DNA of 21,361 nucleotides, taken from NCBI GenBank assembly GCA_046760225.1, contig JBHIDR010000010.1, forward strand, positions 1 through 21,361. Direction: 5' to 3'. Below, one piece after another: positions 8,550 to 18,225 of the stretch; the stretch's first letter is position 1, and each line of letters starts with the position of its first letter. The notes beneath the pieces were generated by a model. The model made no database searches, was not told the origin of the DNA, and saw nothing but the letters and a program-made list of their open reading frames with translations. This DNA is from Candidatus Aenigmatarchaeota archaeon (lineage in GTDB: Archaea; Aenigmatarchaeota; Aenigmatarchaeia; Aenigmatarchaeales; JACQIB01). The translations under genes and the position numbers were made by a program.

Positions 8550-10334
8550 ATGGTCGAAGAGAAAAAGGAGAAAGATGATTTGGATAAAATCATAGAAGCA
8601 GAAGGAATAGAGAGTAAGGAAGAAAAGGAATCTGAAACAATTGATATATCAAAAGAAGATATGGACTTTGATTATGAAGCGCCAGAAGCATCTGGTCAAG
8701 CGGAGGAGGCGCCACCGGCAGATGAAGCAGTAGAAGAGATGAAAGAAGAACCAGAGGAAAAGGACGAAGCATACAGAGGGCCATCAACAGAAGAAGAGGC
8801 ACTGGAGGAGCTAAAGAAGTGGGAAATTTATGAATCACTTAGTGATGAGGGAAAGGAAAAGTTCGATTTAACAGTAGATTCGATATCAGCGTTGGAAACC
8901 TATAAAATGTTCTTTGATAAGTACAAGGACGAGGAAGACATGGACAAGAAGGTCATAATCTTTTACAAGACGCATGAAAAGGACTATTTTGAAAACATTA
9001 GTCTGGAAGATGTGGAGAACGATTTCGGTACTGTGGCCAAAACTTACAGCAAATATCCGGAAACGTATGATTATTTGTTTGAAGCTGAAGAAGATGAAGA
9101 AGTAGGAAAGGAAGAGGAAGGAGAAGAAGAAGAGGACAGTGAGCTGAAAAAGATCAAGGCTGACCTCAAGAGGCTCGGTTCTGACATGTACAAAGTGGGG
9201 GACGTTAAAGGCAAGGACGGCGAGATGAAAGGCGGTATTAATGTGGACATGGCAAACCTGGACCAGTACGATGGAACCAAGACTGACAGTGATGAAGAAG
9301 GGTTCGATTACCTGCCTATCAAGGTGGAGGTTTTAGAGGAACTTTATGATGTAGGCTTCATCCAGCAGGCAGAAACGCTCCTCCAGGAAGCAGGAGACAA
9401 TAAGAGGATTGTAGGAAATGAGGAAAGAAAAACAGTATCGGATTATATTGGAGAGAATGTAAGCGAGGAAGCTTCCAAGCTGTGGAACAGTCTGCTGAAA
9501 GGCAAGTACGGCAAAGGTCGCGTGATGGGAAATTATCTAGGTTTGATAAGGGGCATAGGAGAAATCAGCGACGAACATTACTTCAAGCATGTAAAGAAGA
9601 ACATACGAAAGGAGATCAGAAAAATCCTTAACAGTGTTGAAGGTAAAAGGGAATTCCATATGATTACTGAGGATGGAAAGACACTGGTGTTCGACTATGA
9701 GAAGGACATAAAGGAGGACATAAACTTCCTCCTGAACATCAAGGAATATGACGAACTGTACAATGATCTGGAGGACAGCATTGCAAAGTACAGGATAATG
9801 ATAAAGGAAACCAAGAAATACAGTCCCTTCTGGTTCGGTAACGAAAGGAAAATGGACGATGCAAAGGAAATAAAGAAGGTCTATGAGAAAATCCTGCCTC
9901 TTGTAGAGAAACTGAAGAAGGGCAAGGCTGAATTCCCTCGCCAGCCGGTTAAGACTATTGTTTACAACACTCATCTGGCAGAAGCACTGACAGGTGCAGG
10001 AATAAACAAGCTGAAGGAACAAATAGAGGACCTGAAGGAAGGACTCGAGAATCCTTCATTGTTCGTGATAAAATATAAGTTTGGAAGGGATGAGGACGGA
10101 GACATCACCTCCATCAAGGCATGCAAGCTCTACATGATTGATGAGAACAAGGAGGAGACCTATGTTGATTTGGTAAAGGAATGTAATGAGTATGCTGAAT
10201 CAAAGGGCGGAAAGAAATGGGGCAAAATCTTCCAGAAAAGATGGGGCATGCTCGAGGACGCAATATATTCTCTTGCCAGGGTCAAAAAGGGCATCAAGGA
10301 TGTAGGCGAAAGACCGCAATACAAGCCAGAGTGA
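8550..10334 (+). CDS. Hypothetical acidic protein (low-complexity E/D-rich N-terminus)
   Basis: 594-aa ORF with RBS; no signal peptide or TM; the C-terminal half resembles ORF 6976. Confidence 0.82.
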   Translation: MVEEKKEKDDLDKIIEAEGIESKEEKESETIDISKEDMDFDYEAPEASGQAEEAPPADEAVEEMKEEPEEKDEAYRGPSTEEEALEELKKWEIYESLSDEGKEKFDLTVDSISALETYKMFFDKYKDEEDMDKKVIIFYKTHEKDYFENISLEDVENDFGTVAKTYSKYPETYDYLFEAEEDEEVGKEEEGEEEEDSELKKIKADLKRLGSDMYKVGDVKGKDGEMKGGINVDMANLDQYDGTKTDSDEEGFDYLPIKVEVLEELYDVGFIQQAETLLQEAGDNKRIVGNEERKTVSDYIGENVSEEASKLWNSLLKGKYGKGRVMGNYLGLIRGIGEISDEHYFKHVKKNIRKEIRKILNSVEGKREFHMITEDGKTLVFDYEKDIKEDINFLLNIKEYDELYNDLEDSIAKYRIMIKETKKYSPFWFGNERKMDDAKEIKKVYEKILPLVEKLKKGKAEFPRQPVKTIVYNTHLAEALTGAGINKLKEQIEDLKEGLENPSLFVIKYKFGRDEDGDITSIKACKLYMIDENKEETYVDLVKECNEYAESKGGKKWGKIFQKRWGMLEDAIYSLARVKKGIKDVGERPQYKPE

Positions 10335-10338
10335 TAAA

Positions 10339-12186
10339 ATGCCGGAAAAAAAGTATACCAAACCTTTGGGCTGGAGGTCCAGGGCAAGAAAGAAAAAGAA
10401 GCAAAGGGATGCTTTGAAAGGGACTGCAATACTTTTTGGAGGTATATTTGGTAGTATTCTTGCAGAAGAGCTACTGAACGACCATCCCATCTATGATTTT
10501 CTTAGTGAAAAATACCCTGGTGTGTTCCCTCCAATAGATGATGAACAGCCCCAACATGTTGACCATGTTGAGGTTACCAACTTCATTGACAATGACCATG
10601 GTAAAGTGGTTGATGCAGACGGAACCCCATACGGGGGTGACGGGATAAAGGAAATTAATATTGATGATCATGGAGAGTTCACAATTGAAAAGCAAGATGG
10701 TACAATTGATAAGGTGTTGGCAAAGGACTTTAATGAATACATGCAAGAAAAGATGGAAAAGGACATGAACATCCAGCCTTATGAGATGAAGAATCCTGGA
10801 GATGATGTTCTTCAGGACGGGGTTTATGCTTATGAATTCAATATTGCAAAGTCGAATATCAAGCCGCTGTTAAAGTACCTCAAGGGCCTTGGTTATGACT
10901 ATATAGAATTTGAGGACGGGAACAGCGGCAAGCTTGTTGTGGAATACAATGTTACGGTCAACGCGTTTAAGGGAGAAATAACAATTGACGGCAAGAAAAT
11001 TGCAGAAAATGTTGTGATAGGCTTTGATGAGAATCTGGACACTTTCAAGCGTTCTATTCTCGGTGAAACGCAGGACTTTCTTGAAGACGGAAAGATAGGT
11101 GACCACAGCTATGCACCGTTCCTTAGCGAGTTTGTCTACAAATGCAAGCTCGACCACACCCAGGACATGCTGGATGATGCAAACCAGCAAATCCAGGATT
11201 TGCAGGATGACATTGCAGAACTTGAAGGCTATCTGAGTGATGCTGATGCTGAAGCAGACGAGTACAGGCCAGGTGACTGGCAGGACCTTGATGACAGGAT
11301 AAGGGACCTCAGGAATGAGCTTACAAATGCAACTGATTACATTGATGAGCTGAAAGGTTACCTTAATGATGCTGATACAGAGGCTGACCAGTACAGGGAA
11401 GGAGACTGGGAAGACCTTGATGACAGGATAAAGGACCTGATAGAAGAGCGGGATGATTTACAGGATGACCTGGATGGTCTTGAGGACTATGTTGACAGCC
11501 TTGACGACAAATATACACAATACTGGCACATCCCCAAGGACCTGTTTGGAATGGTCTATGACAAGCTGATGGCTGATGGAAACCTGAATGAAACAGAAAA
11601 GATATTCCTTGGGTCCCTCTTTATACCTGAGTTCATGGATGATGATCCAGAGAACGACGAACTGAAGGAGATGGTTGTACAGATACAGCCATCAAAGGAG
11701 TATTCCCTCATATACATCAACACAGATATTGGTAGCAACATCACTACCAATCACACAAGAGGGCTTGCAGAAAAGATTGTAAAGACTGCATATGACCTCA
11801 AGGGACAGGATGTTGACCATCATTATGGCTTCACACCAGAATACCTTGAGGGGCTTGACCACGAGAACTTCGTGGCTGCCTGGGAGGTTGCAAAGAAGAA
11901 GCACTGGTACAAGAGGATAAACAGGATGGATGACAACGGAGAGCTCAATGAATCAGGCTCAATGGACTTTTACAACCTCCATGAAAAGGAGGGTGTAACT
12001 GACCTTGATTGGTTTTATGACCAGTGGGAGAACGGAATGATTAAGTATGTTGAGATAGTTGATACAGGAGACGATGAAAAGAACGGTGGTTATGCTGCTG
12101 CATATGACATGAATAACAAGTTGCTGAGAAGGACACCGATAAAGATAGAGAACATAGAAAAGACAAGAGAATACTTCCAAGGGTGA
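10339..12186 (+). CDS. Hypothetical membrane-anchored acidic protein with central coiled-coil repeat
   Basis: 615 aa; basic N-terminus plus hydrophobic segment (TAILFGGIFGSILA); heptad-rich central region with a 43-aa duplication; NxT/S sequons. Confidence 0.82.
   Translation: MPEKKYTKPLGWRSRARKKKKQRDALKGTAILFGGIFGSILAEELLNDHPIYDFLSEKYPGVFPPIDDEQPQHVDHVEVTNFIDNDHGKVVDADGTPYGGDGIKEINIDDHGEFTIEKQDGTIDKVLAKDFNEYMQEKMEKDMNIQPYEMKNPGDDVLQDGVYAYEFNIAKSNIKPLLKYLKGLGYDYIEFEDGNSGKLVVEYNVTVNAFKGEITIDGKKIAENVVIGFDENLDTFKRSILGETQDFLEDGKIGDHSYAPFLSEFVYKCKLDHTQDMLDDANQQIQDLQDDIAELEGYLSDADAEADEYRPGDWQDLDDRIRDLRNELTNATDYIDELKGYLNDADTEADQYREGDWEDLDDRIKDLIEERDDLQDDLDGLEDYVDSLDDKYTQYWHIPKDLFGMVYDKLMADGNLNETEKIFLGSLFIPEFMDDDPENDELKEMVVQIQPSKEYSLIYINTDIGSNITTNHTRGLAEKIVKTAYDLKGQDVDHHYGFTPEYLEGLDHENFVAAWEVAKKKHWYKRINRMDDNGELNESGSMDFYNLHEKEGVTDLDWFYDQWENGMIKYVEIVDTGDDEKNGGYAAAYDMNNKLLRRTPIKIENIEKTREYFQG
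11221..11439 (+). repeat. Intragenic tandem duplication, 129-nt (43-aa) period
   Basis: LEGYLSDADAEADEYRPGDWQDLDDRIRDL (11221-11310) versus LKGYLNDADTEADQYREGDWEDLDDRIKDL (11350-11439). Confidence 0.9.
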
Positions 12187-12190
12187 ATGA

Positions 12191-15100
12191 ATGAAAGGTA
12201 TGAAAGGCTTGCATGAGAAGTTCATCGTTGTTTCAGTAATCATAGCAATGCTAGCAATAGCCATACCTGTTCTTGCAGCTGATACGCACTATGTCAAGAT
12301 CAATGTGTATGACTATGATACTGACAGCAATGTATATTCAGCCTACATGGTTGTCTATGACTCTGATGGCAACATATACAAGGGCCCTGTCTATGGCAAG
12401 AAGATGTGGACATGGTCAATGGCCAATGGACAATATACGCTTGAGGTATACAACAATTCATATGATTTGCACAGGCAGCAGTTCTCACTAAGGAGCGGAA
12501 TGAATGATAATGTCACAATAGAGGCAGGACTTGGTCCTGATGATGTGGCACCTACAACAACATCATCCGGTGATGTTGACTGGACAAACCAGGATGCTGA
12601 CATAACACTCAGCTGCAGCGATTCTGTATCAGACAGCTCAGTTCCCTATGCATCAAGAGGCTCTGGCTGCGACCATACAATGTACAAGATAAACAGCGGT
12701 AACTGGATTACTTATGATTCAGCCTTCACGGTGTCAGCTGAAGGCGATAACACAGTATCATATTACTCGGTTGACAATGCAACAAACCAGGAGCAGACAA
12801 GGACCAATAGCGTAAAAATAGACAAGACAGCTCCGACAACAACGATATCGCTGTCACCTGCAAGCCCGGACGGAGACAACAACTGGTATGTGAGTGATGT
12901 GACTGTAACACTCACATGCGATGATTCAAATGGTGAGCTACAGGTTTCAGGATGCGACTATACCAAGTACAGGATAAACAGTGGTGATTGGCAGACATAT
13001 ACAGATTCGTTCATACTGTCAAATGATGACAGTAATAACACAATTGATTATTATTCGATTGATGTGGCTGGGAACCAGGAGGCAACAAACTCGGAAATTG
13101 ACATAAGCATGGACCAGACAGCTCCTTATTATTCAAACAGGGTAGAGGTTCCTTCTTCACCATACACATACGAGTCAGGAAAGAGTTATAACTTCCTGAT
13201 GGACTGGTATGATGATACCTCAGGACTAAGTGAAATCAACATAACATTTGATGGCGTGGAATATGCTGCAAGTTGGAATGATCCGGACGAGTATATCTTC
13301 ACTATTACTGATTTGCCAGCAGGCGACTACAAGTACAAGTGGAAGGCATGGGACAATGCAGGAAACAGCAATGAAACACAGGAGTACACATACACTGTGG
13401 AGAAGGCAGAGGCCAGCCTTAACCTGACTGCAAGTCCTTCATGGACAGAGACATACGGAACACAGACAACAGTGACATGCGCGCTGCTTGAGGGTGATAG
13501 TGGTGCGACACTGAATCTTACTAGAGATGGTAATGAAGTTGACAGTGACTCAAGCCCTGTGTCGGAAACAGAGACATTCGCTGCTGGAGAATATAGCTAT
13601 GAATGCGAATATGTTGAAACCCAGAACTATACTGATCCCATAACAGAGATAAAAATACTTACAATAAACAAGGCAGACCCGACATCAAACATGCACCTTG
13701 AACTTGATGGCACAGAAGGTAATGTTTCAGTCACGTATCCTGTCAGCACAAATGCAACAGGATGGAATGACTTTGCAGATGCGCAGGACATGACATTCGT
13801 ACTGAAGAGGGACAGCGTAAATGTAAGCAATCCTGACATACTGCAGCTTGCTGCAGGAGAATATGAATATGTTTATCACACTGATGGTGGTGAGAACTAC
13901 ACAGCAGGGGATGTTACATGGTACCTGACCGTGGACAAGGCAACACCAACTGTTTCAGTCAACTTTACAAGCAACCCGATCAGCTATGGTACTGCAGCGG
14001 GGGCGACATGCAGTGTGTCAGATGCACTTGACTACACGCTTTACAGGAACGGAACAGGTGTGGGCCAGTCTGACAACACAGTGCTTGCTGCAGGCGACTA
14101 CAACTATACTTGCGTAGCTGACGGGAACGAGAACTATACTGCTGGCTCTGATGAGCAGATACTCACTGTGAACAAGGCATCAACCAGTACACAGCTGTTC
14201 ATAGACGGCAATCAGGCGAACAATACTGTCACATATGGAACACAGACAAATGCAACTGCAACAACTTCAGCACTTTCAGTCACGCTGTACAGGGACGGAC
14301 AGGCTGTGAGCAACCCAGAAGTAGATACGTTTGCAGCAGGGACCTACAATTACACAGCTGTCAATCCAGGAAACGAGAACTATACTGGAAGTTCAGCTAC
14401 ATGGTGGCTCACTGTCAGCAGGATAAACCCTACTATCCATCTTGCAATAAACGGTGCAGAGGCTGACGGCAACCATGATTACAAAGCAGGCGGACTGAAC
14501 GTTACAGGCTGGACAGAGACAGGTGATGAAAATGCAACTGCAAAGCTCTACCTTGACGGCACAGAAGTGAACAGCCCTTATACTGATTCAGACATGGCTG
14601 CAGGAAACTATGAGATGAATTATACTTATGAACAGTCGCAGAACTACTCTGAGCTCACTGTGACAAGGACGCTCACAATAAACAAGATTGCACCTACCCT
14701 GAAGCTTGAGATAAACGGAGTGGAAGGTGATGTCACAATCGATTACCAGGACCAGCTGAACGTGACAGGGACCATGATAGAAGGTGATTCAGGCGCTACA
14801 ACAGGGCTCTACAGGAACGCTACCCTTGTAAGCAACCCTGACACCACACTGCTCGGCGGAGGCGCTCACAGGTACAACTTCACTTACACTGCTTCAGAGA
14901 ACTACACTGACAGCGAGGTCAGTTATGTTCTTACTGTCAACAAGCTTGACAATCCTGTATGGCTGTTGCTTAATGGAGTGGCAGCTGATGCAAGCCTTAC
15001 TTATGAGGACACCCTGAATGCAACTGCTGGAGCAGAAGCAGGAACAGTTAATATCTACAGGAATGGCACAGATGTCACAAGCGAGAACGGCCAGGACGTG

Positions 15101-17536
15101 ACACTTGCTGCAGGAAGTTACACATACTTTGTGAATGCAACAGGCACTGAGAACTATACAGACAACACAACAGGAGTGAGCTTCAATGTTGACATTGCAA
15201 AGAAGGGCACCACAATGAGGCTGTGGCTGAACGGAACAGAAGGGAACAAGACATACAGCCTGAATGATGTTGCCAACTTCACTGCTGCACTTGATGTTTC
15301 AAAGATAATAACACTGACATATCCTAGTGGAGGAAAGGTCGGCAACACACCGCAGGAGGCAGCTGTGACGCTTGATGAGGAAAAGGACTACAATGTCACT
15401 GCATACTGGAACGGAGATGAGAACTACACAGCAAGCTCAGTCTCTTACTTTGCAAAGGTGCCTGACACAACAGCACCACTGATAACAGTAAACAGCCCGC
15501 TGAACCAGACATACCAGATTGACCAGGTCTGGGCAAATGCAACAATGAATGATGACGGCTCATGGATGAAGGTCGATATTGATGGTACCAATTATACTCT
15601 TGAGAACAGCTCAGGCACATGGAACAAGCTCATAACAGGGCTTGGTGAAGGTGCGCATGCTGCCACATTCTATGGTGCTGATGAGGCAGACAATGAGAAT
15701 ATAAGCGAGACAGTGTACTTCAGCATACCTTGCTTAAGCCACCTGGTGAACACAACTGTTGACGGAGTGTATTATGTAGACAACAAGCTCAACATAGCTG
15801 GCGGAAACAGCACAATAACATGCTCCAATGTGAGCCACTCAACTGTAAGGAACAGTACAATAATCGACTCAACTGTTATATTCAAGGACCTTACAGGCAT
15901 GTATATAGAAGACTCCTTTGTTGACCCGAACTACACAATACCATCTGTTGGTTCAGTAATCAAGGGCAACTCGAACGTTACAATGTCCTCAATAAGGTAC
16001 TCAACAGTGTCAGACCAGTCAAATGTGACATACTCTGAAGTTGTTAACTCCACCGTAAACAACTCAAATGTCTACTGGTCAGACATATGGTACAGTGACA
16101 TCTTGAGGTCTGATATTGAATATTCATGGATAGAGAACTCCAACATAACTGACTCTATTATCAAGAACAGCACTGTGAACAACTCTGATGTGACAGACGC
16201 GTACATAGAAAATGACTTCATGTATAACGGAACACTCGTGTACAACGGCACAAACTACACAACACCCACAAACCTGACAGACATTTACAATCCTGACAGC
16301 AGAGCACCTGTCATAGGCACAATAGTGTTCTCCAACTCGACACCGGCGCCCGGGGACACGGTTAATGTGACAGTTACTGCAACTGACAATGTTGCTGTTG
16401 CCAATGTGACATTCAACAGCACGCTGTATACGCATGCTGCAAACACGAACACATGGACAGGCACATATGCAATACCTTCAGCCAATGGAACATATGAAGT
16501 AGAAGTTGTTGCAACAGACCATACTGGAAACCAGGGCAAGAGGAACATCTCAATAATCGTAAATACAACTGCAGACCCGCAGGTTGAGATTGATGCAAAC
16601 CCGCCTGTGGTTGGAGCAAACACACTTTCAGCAGCTGTGTCTGATGACACAAGTGTTGTATCATGCCAGCTCTACATAAATGACGGTCTTGTTGGTAATA
16701 TGACCGGAACACCAACAAGCAGCGGTACTGTGACATATGCTTATACTTTTGGCTCAACAGGCACTTACACAGCATTTGCAAGCTGCACTGACTCTGCAAA
16801 CAGGACAACAAACGGAACAGCTGTCAACATAACAGTCACAACAGCACCAACAGGACCAGGTGGGCCTGGTGGCCCTGGTGGAAGGGGAGGAACAGTCATA
16901 ATAAGGGCAGGAAAGGTTAGCCTGACAGTGCCTGATTCGATACAAATTCAGCCAGGAGAAACAGGAACATTTGATGTTACTGTTGCAAATACAGGAGAAA
17001 TAACTTTGACAGATGTTTCACTTGATGTAGGAGGACTGCCAATAAGCTGGTTCACAATATCATCCAGCATTGACACGCTCTCTGTAAACAACTCAGTGTC
17101 TTATTCAGTCACAATAAACGTGCCTGCCACTGAACCAATTGGCACAAAGGAGCTTGTGATAAAGGTAAGAACAGCTGAAAGATATGGTGCTGATGCAACA
17201 ACAACCCTGATTGTAGGTAATGTAACTGCCCAGTGTGACTGTCCTGATCCTTCAGGCTGGTCAGACTGTGTTGATGGTGAGCAGACAAGAACAAACTATA
17301 TCTGTGATACCACAACAGGATGGGTATGCGATGAATTCACTGAAACAAGGGCATGTACAGTACAGCCACCCGGACCCGGCGGAATAACAGGTGCTATACT
17401 TGGAGTCACAGAGAACCCAACAGCCCTTGGCGGAATAATAGTCGCAGCCATAGTAATCGGCTCGGTTGCCTGGTCAATGAGGAAGGGCAAGAAAAAAAGA
17501 GGCCGGGCAATTGTAAAGGCCAAGAGCGGGATTTAG
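12191..17536 (+). CDS. Giant cell-surface glycoprotein/adhesin: signal peptide, OmpL47-like and Ig-like beta-sandwich repeats, beta-helix, Cys-rich module, C-terminal TM
   Basis: 1781 aa; Sec-type signal (...AIAIPVLAA); two YxINxGxWxTY...YYS(V/I)DxAxNQE domains; eight AAGxYxY...(E/Q)NY repeats; pentapeptide S-x-(I/V) run; GPGGPGGPGG linker; C-terminal TM with basic tail; many NxT/S sequons. Confidence 0.9.
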   Translation: MKGMKGLHEKFIVVSVIIAMLAIAIPVLAADTHYVKINVYDYDTDSNVYSAYMVVYDSDGNIYKGPVYGKKMWTWSMANGQYTLEVYNNSYDLHRQQFSLRSGMNDNVTIEAGLGPDDVAPTTTSSGDVDWTNQDADITLSCSDSVSDSSVPYASRGSGCDHTMYKINSGNWITYDSAFTVSAEGDNTVSYYSVDNATNQEQTRTNSVKIDKTAPTTTISLSPASPDGDNNWYVSDVTVTLTCDDSNGELQVSGCDYTKYRINSGDWQTYTDSFILSNDDSNNTIDYYSIDVAGNQEATNSEIDISMDQTAPYYSNRVEVPSSPYTYESGKSYNFLMDWYDDTSGLSEINITFDGVEYAASWNDPDEYIFTITDLPAGDYKYKWKAWDNAGNSNETQEYTYTVEKAEASLNLTASPSWTETYGTQTTVTCALLEGDSGATLNLTRDGNEVDSDSSPVSETETFAAGEYSYECEYVETQNYTDPITEIKILTINKADPTSNMHLELDGTEGNVSVTYPVSTNATGWNDFADAQDMTFVLKRDSVNVSNPDILQLAAGEYEYVYHTDGGENYTAGDVTWYLTVDKATPTVSVNFTSNPISYGTAAGATCSVSDALDYTLYRNGTGVGQSDNTVLAAGDYNYTCVADGNENYTAGSDEQILTVNKASTSTQLFIDGNQANNTVTYGTQTNATATTSALSVTLYRDGQAVSNPEVDTFAAGTYNYTAVNPGNENYTGSSATWWLTVSRINPTIHLAINGAEADGNHDYKAGGLNVTGWTETGDENATAKLYLDGTEVNSPYTDSDMAAGNYEMNYTYEQSQNYSELTVTRTLTINKIAPTLKLEINGVEGDVTIDYQDQLNVTGTMIEGDSGATTGLYRNATLVSNPDTTLLGGGAHRYNFTYTASENYTDSEVSYVLTVNKLDNPVWLLLNGVAADASLTYEDTLNATAGAEAGTVNIYRNGTDVTSENGQDVTLAAGSYTYFVNATGTENYTDNTTGVSFNVDIAKKGTTMRLWLNGTEGNKTYSLNDVANFTAALDVSKIITLTYPSGGKVGNTPQEAAVTLDEEKDYNVTAYWNGDENYTASSVSYFAKVPDTTAPLITVNSPLNQTYQIDQVWANATMNDDGSWMKVDIDGTNYTLENSSGTWNKLITGLGEGAHAATFYGADEADNENISETVYFSIPCLSHLVNTTVDGVYYVDNKLNIAGGNSTITCSNVSHSTVRNSTIIDSTVIFKDLTGMYIEDSFVDPNYTIPSVGSVIKGNSNVTMSSIRYSTVSDQSNVTYSEVVNSTVNNSNVYWSDIWYSDILRSDIEYSWIENSNITDSIIKNSTVNNSDVTDAYIENDFMYNGTLVYNGTNYTTPTNLTDIYNPDSRAPVIGTIVFSNSTPAPGDTVNVTVTATDNVAVANVTFNSTLYTHAANTNTWTGTYAIPSANGTYEVEVVATDHTGNQGKRNISIIVNTTADPQVEIDANPPVVGANTLSAAVSDDTSVVSCQLYINDGLVGNMTGTPTSSGTVTYAYTFGSTGTYTAFASCTDSANRTTNGTAVNITVTTAPTGPGGPGGPGGRGGTVIIRAGKVSLTVPDSIQIQPGETGTFDVTVANTGEITLTDVSLDVGGLPISWFTISSSIDTLSVNNSVSYSVTINVPATEPIGTKELVIKVRTAERYGADATTTLIVGNVTAQCDCPDPSGWSDCVDGEQTRTNYICDTTTGWVCDEFTETRACTVQPPGPGGITGAILGVTENPTALGGIIVAAIVIGSVAWSMRKGKKKRGRAIVKAKSGI
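13400..15460 (+). repeat. About eight tandem Ig-like domains of 80-90 aa within the surface protein
   Basis: Recurrent LT(I/V)NK...LYRNG..V....(L/F/M)AAGxYxY......(E/Q)NYT pattern. Boundaries approximate. Confidence 0.85.
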
Positions 17537-17540
17537 CCAC

Positions 17541-17552
17541 TTTTTCTTTTTT
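17541..17552 (+). terminator. Archaeal oligo-T terminator
   Basis: TTTTTCTTTTTT starting 4 nt after the surface-protein stop codon. Confidence 0.6.
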
Positions 17553-17613
17553 AGCCTAAACCGTTAATTTTAAATACCATCTTAACCTAATTATTACTAT
17601 TAGGTGGTTATAA

Positions 17614-18195
17614 ATGAGCTGCAAAAAGACCATAAGGAGACCGATCAAGGACCATATGCCGGATGAGCTGGTGATAGAAGAAGAGAAAGAAGCTACTGAT
17701 TCAGGCCCAAAGGCCGAATATGTGGCACCTGATAAGGATATAATAAAGGTAGAGAAGGTCGAGCTCGTCATAGACAGAAAGACGTACGGCGAAGAATACA
17801 TAACTGATAACGAAATCAAAGAAGTGGAGAAGGGTTTTGCTGATAATCTGGTGGACTTTCTGTGCGGTTGCAAGGAAAAGCCACGCACTTCAACAAGGAT
17901 AGTAAAGGATGTTTACGAATTAGCAGATACTGACGATTCGGGGCCCTGTGAATATGATTTTGCAAAAATTAATAACCCGTGCCCTCTTGCAAGGAAGGAA
18001 ATGGGCGAATACATCTACGGGAGGGGTATTGACGAGTTTTATCTGACATTTACGCTGACAATTGATGGAAAGAAGGAACAAATCAAGCTGGACAGGGGGA
18101 ACCAATGCTATGGAAGGAGATTCGAGAAATGTCCGCTTTATAAAATTGCACTTAACAGGGAATTACAATCGGGTTTAGATACAAAAGATGAGTGA
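17614..18195 (+). CDS. Hypothetical protein with several Cys (possible metal binding); N-terminal IRRPIKDH peptide
   Basis: 193 aa; TTTTAAAT box and TAGGTGGT RBS upstream; CGC, CEY, CPL, CYG and CPLY. Confidence 0.75.
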   Translation: MSCKKTIRRPIKDHMPDELVIEEEKEATDSGPKAEYVAPDKDIIKVEKVELVIDRKTYGEEYITDNEIKEVEKGFADNLVDFLCGCKEKPRTSTRIVKDVYELADTDDSGPCEYDFAKINNPCPLARKEMGEYIYGRGIDEFYLTFTLTIDGKKEQIKLDRGNQCYGRRFEKCPLYKIALNRELQSGLDTKDE

Positions 18196-18225
18196 TTAAT
18201 TAGACAATATCAAATGGGTGGTTTT

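Noticed and set aside
12273..17559. Many short alternative-frame and antisense ORFs inside the surface-protein gene
   Set aside because: Shadows of a long biased CDS, with no RBS or recognisable motifs.
17556..17888. 110-aa minus-strand ORF
   Set aside because: Antisense to ORF 17614, which has a promoter, RBS and the shared N-terminal peptide.
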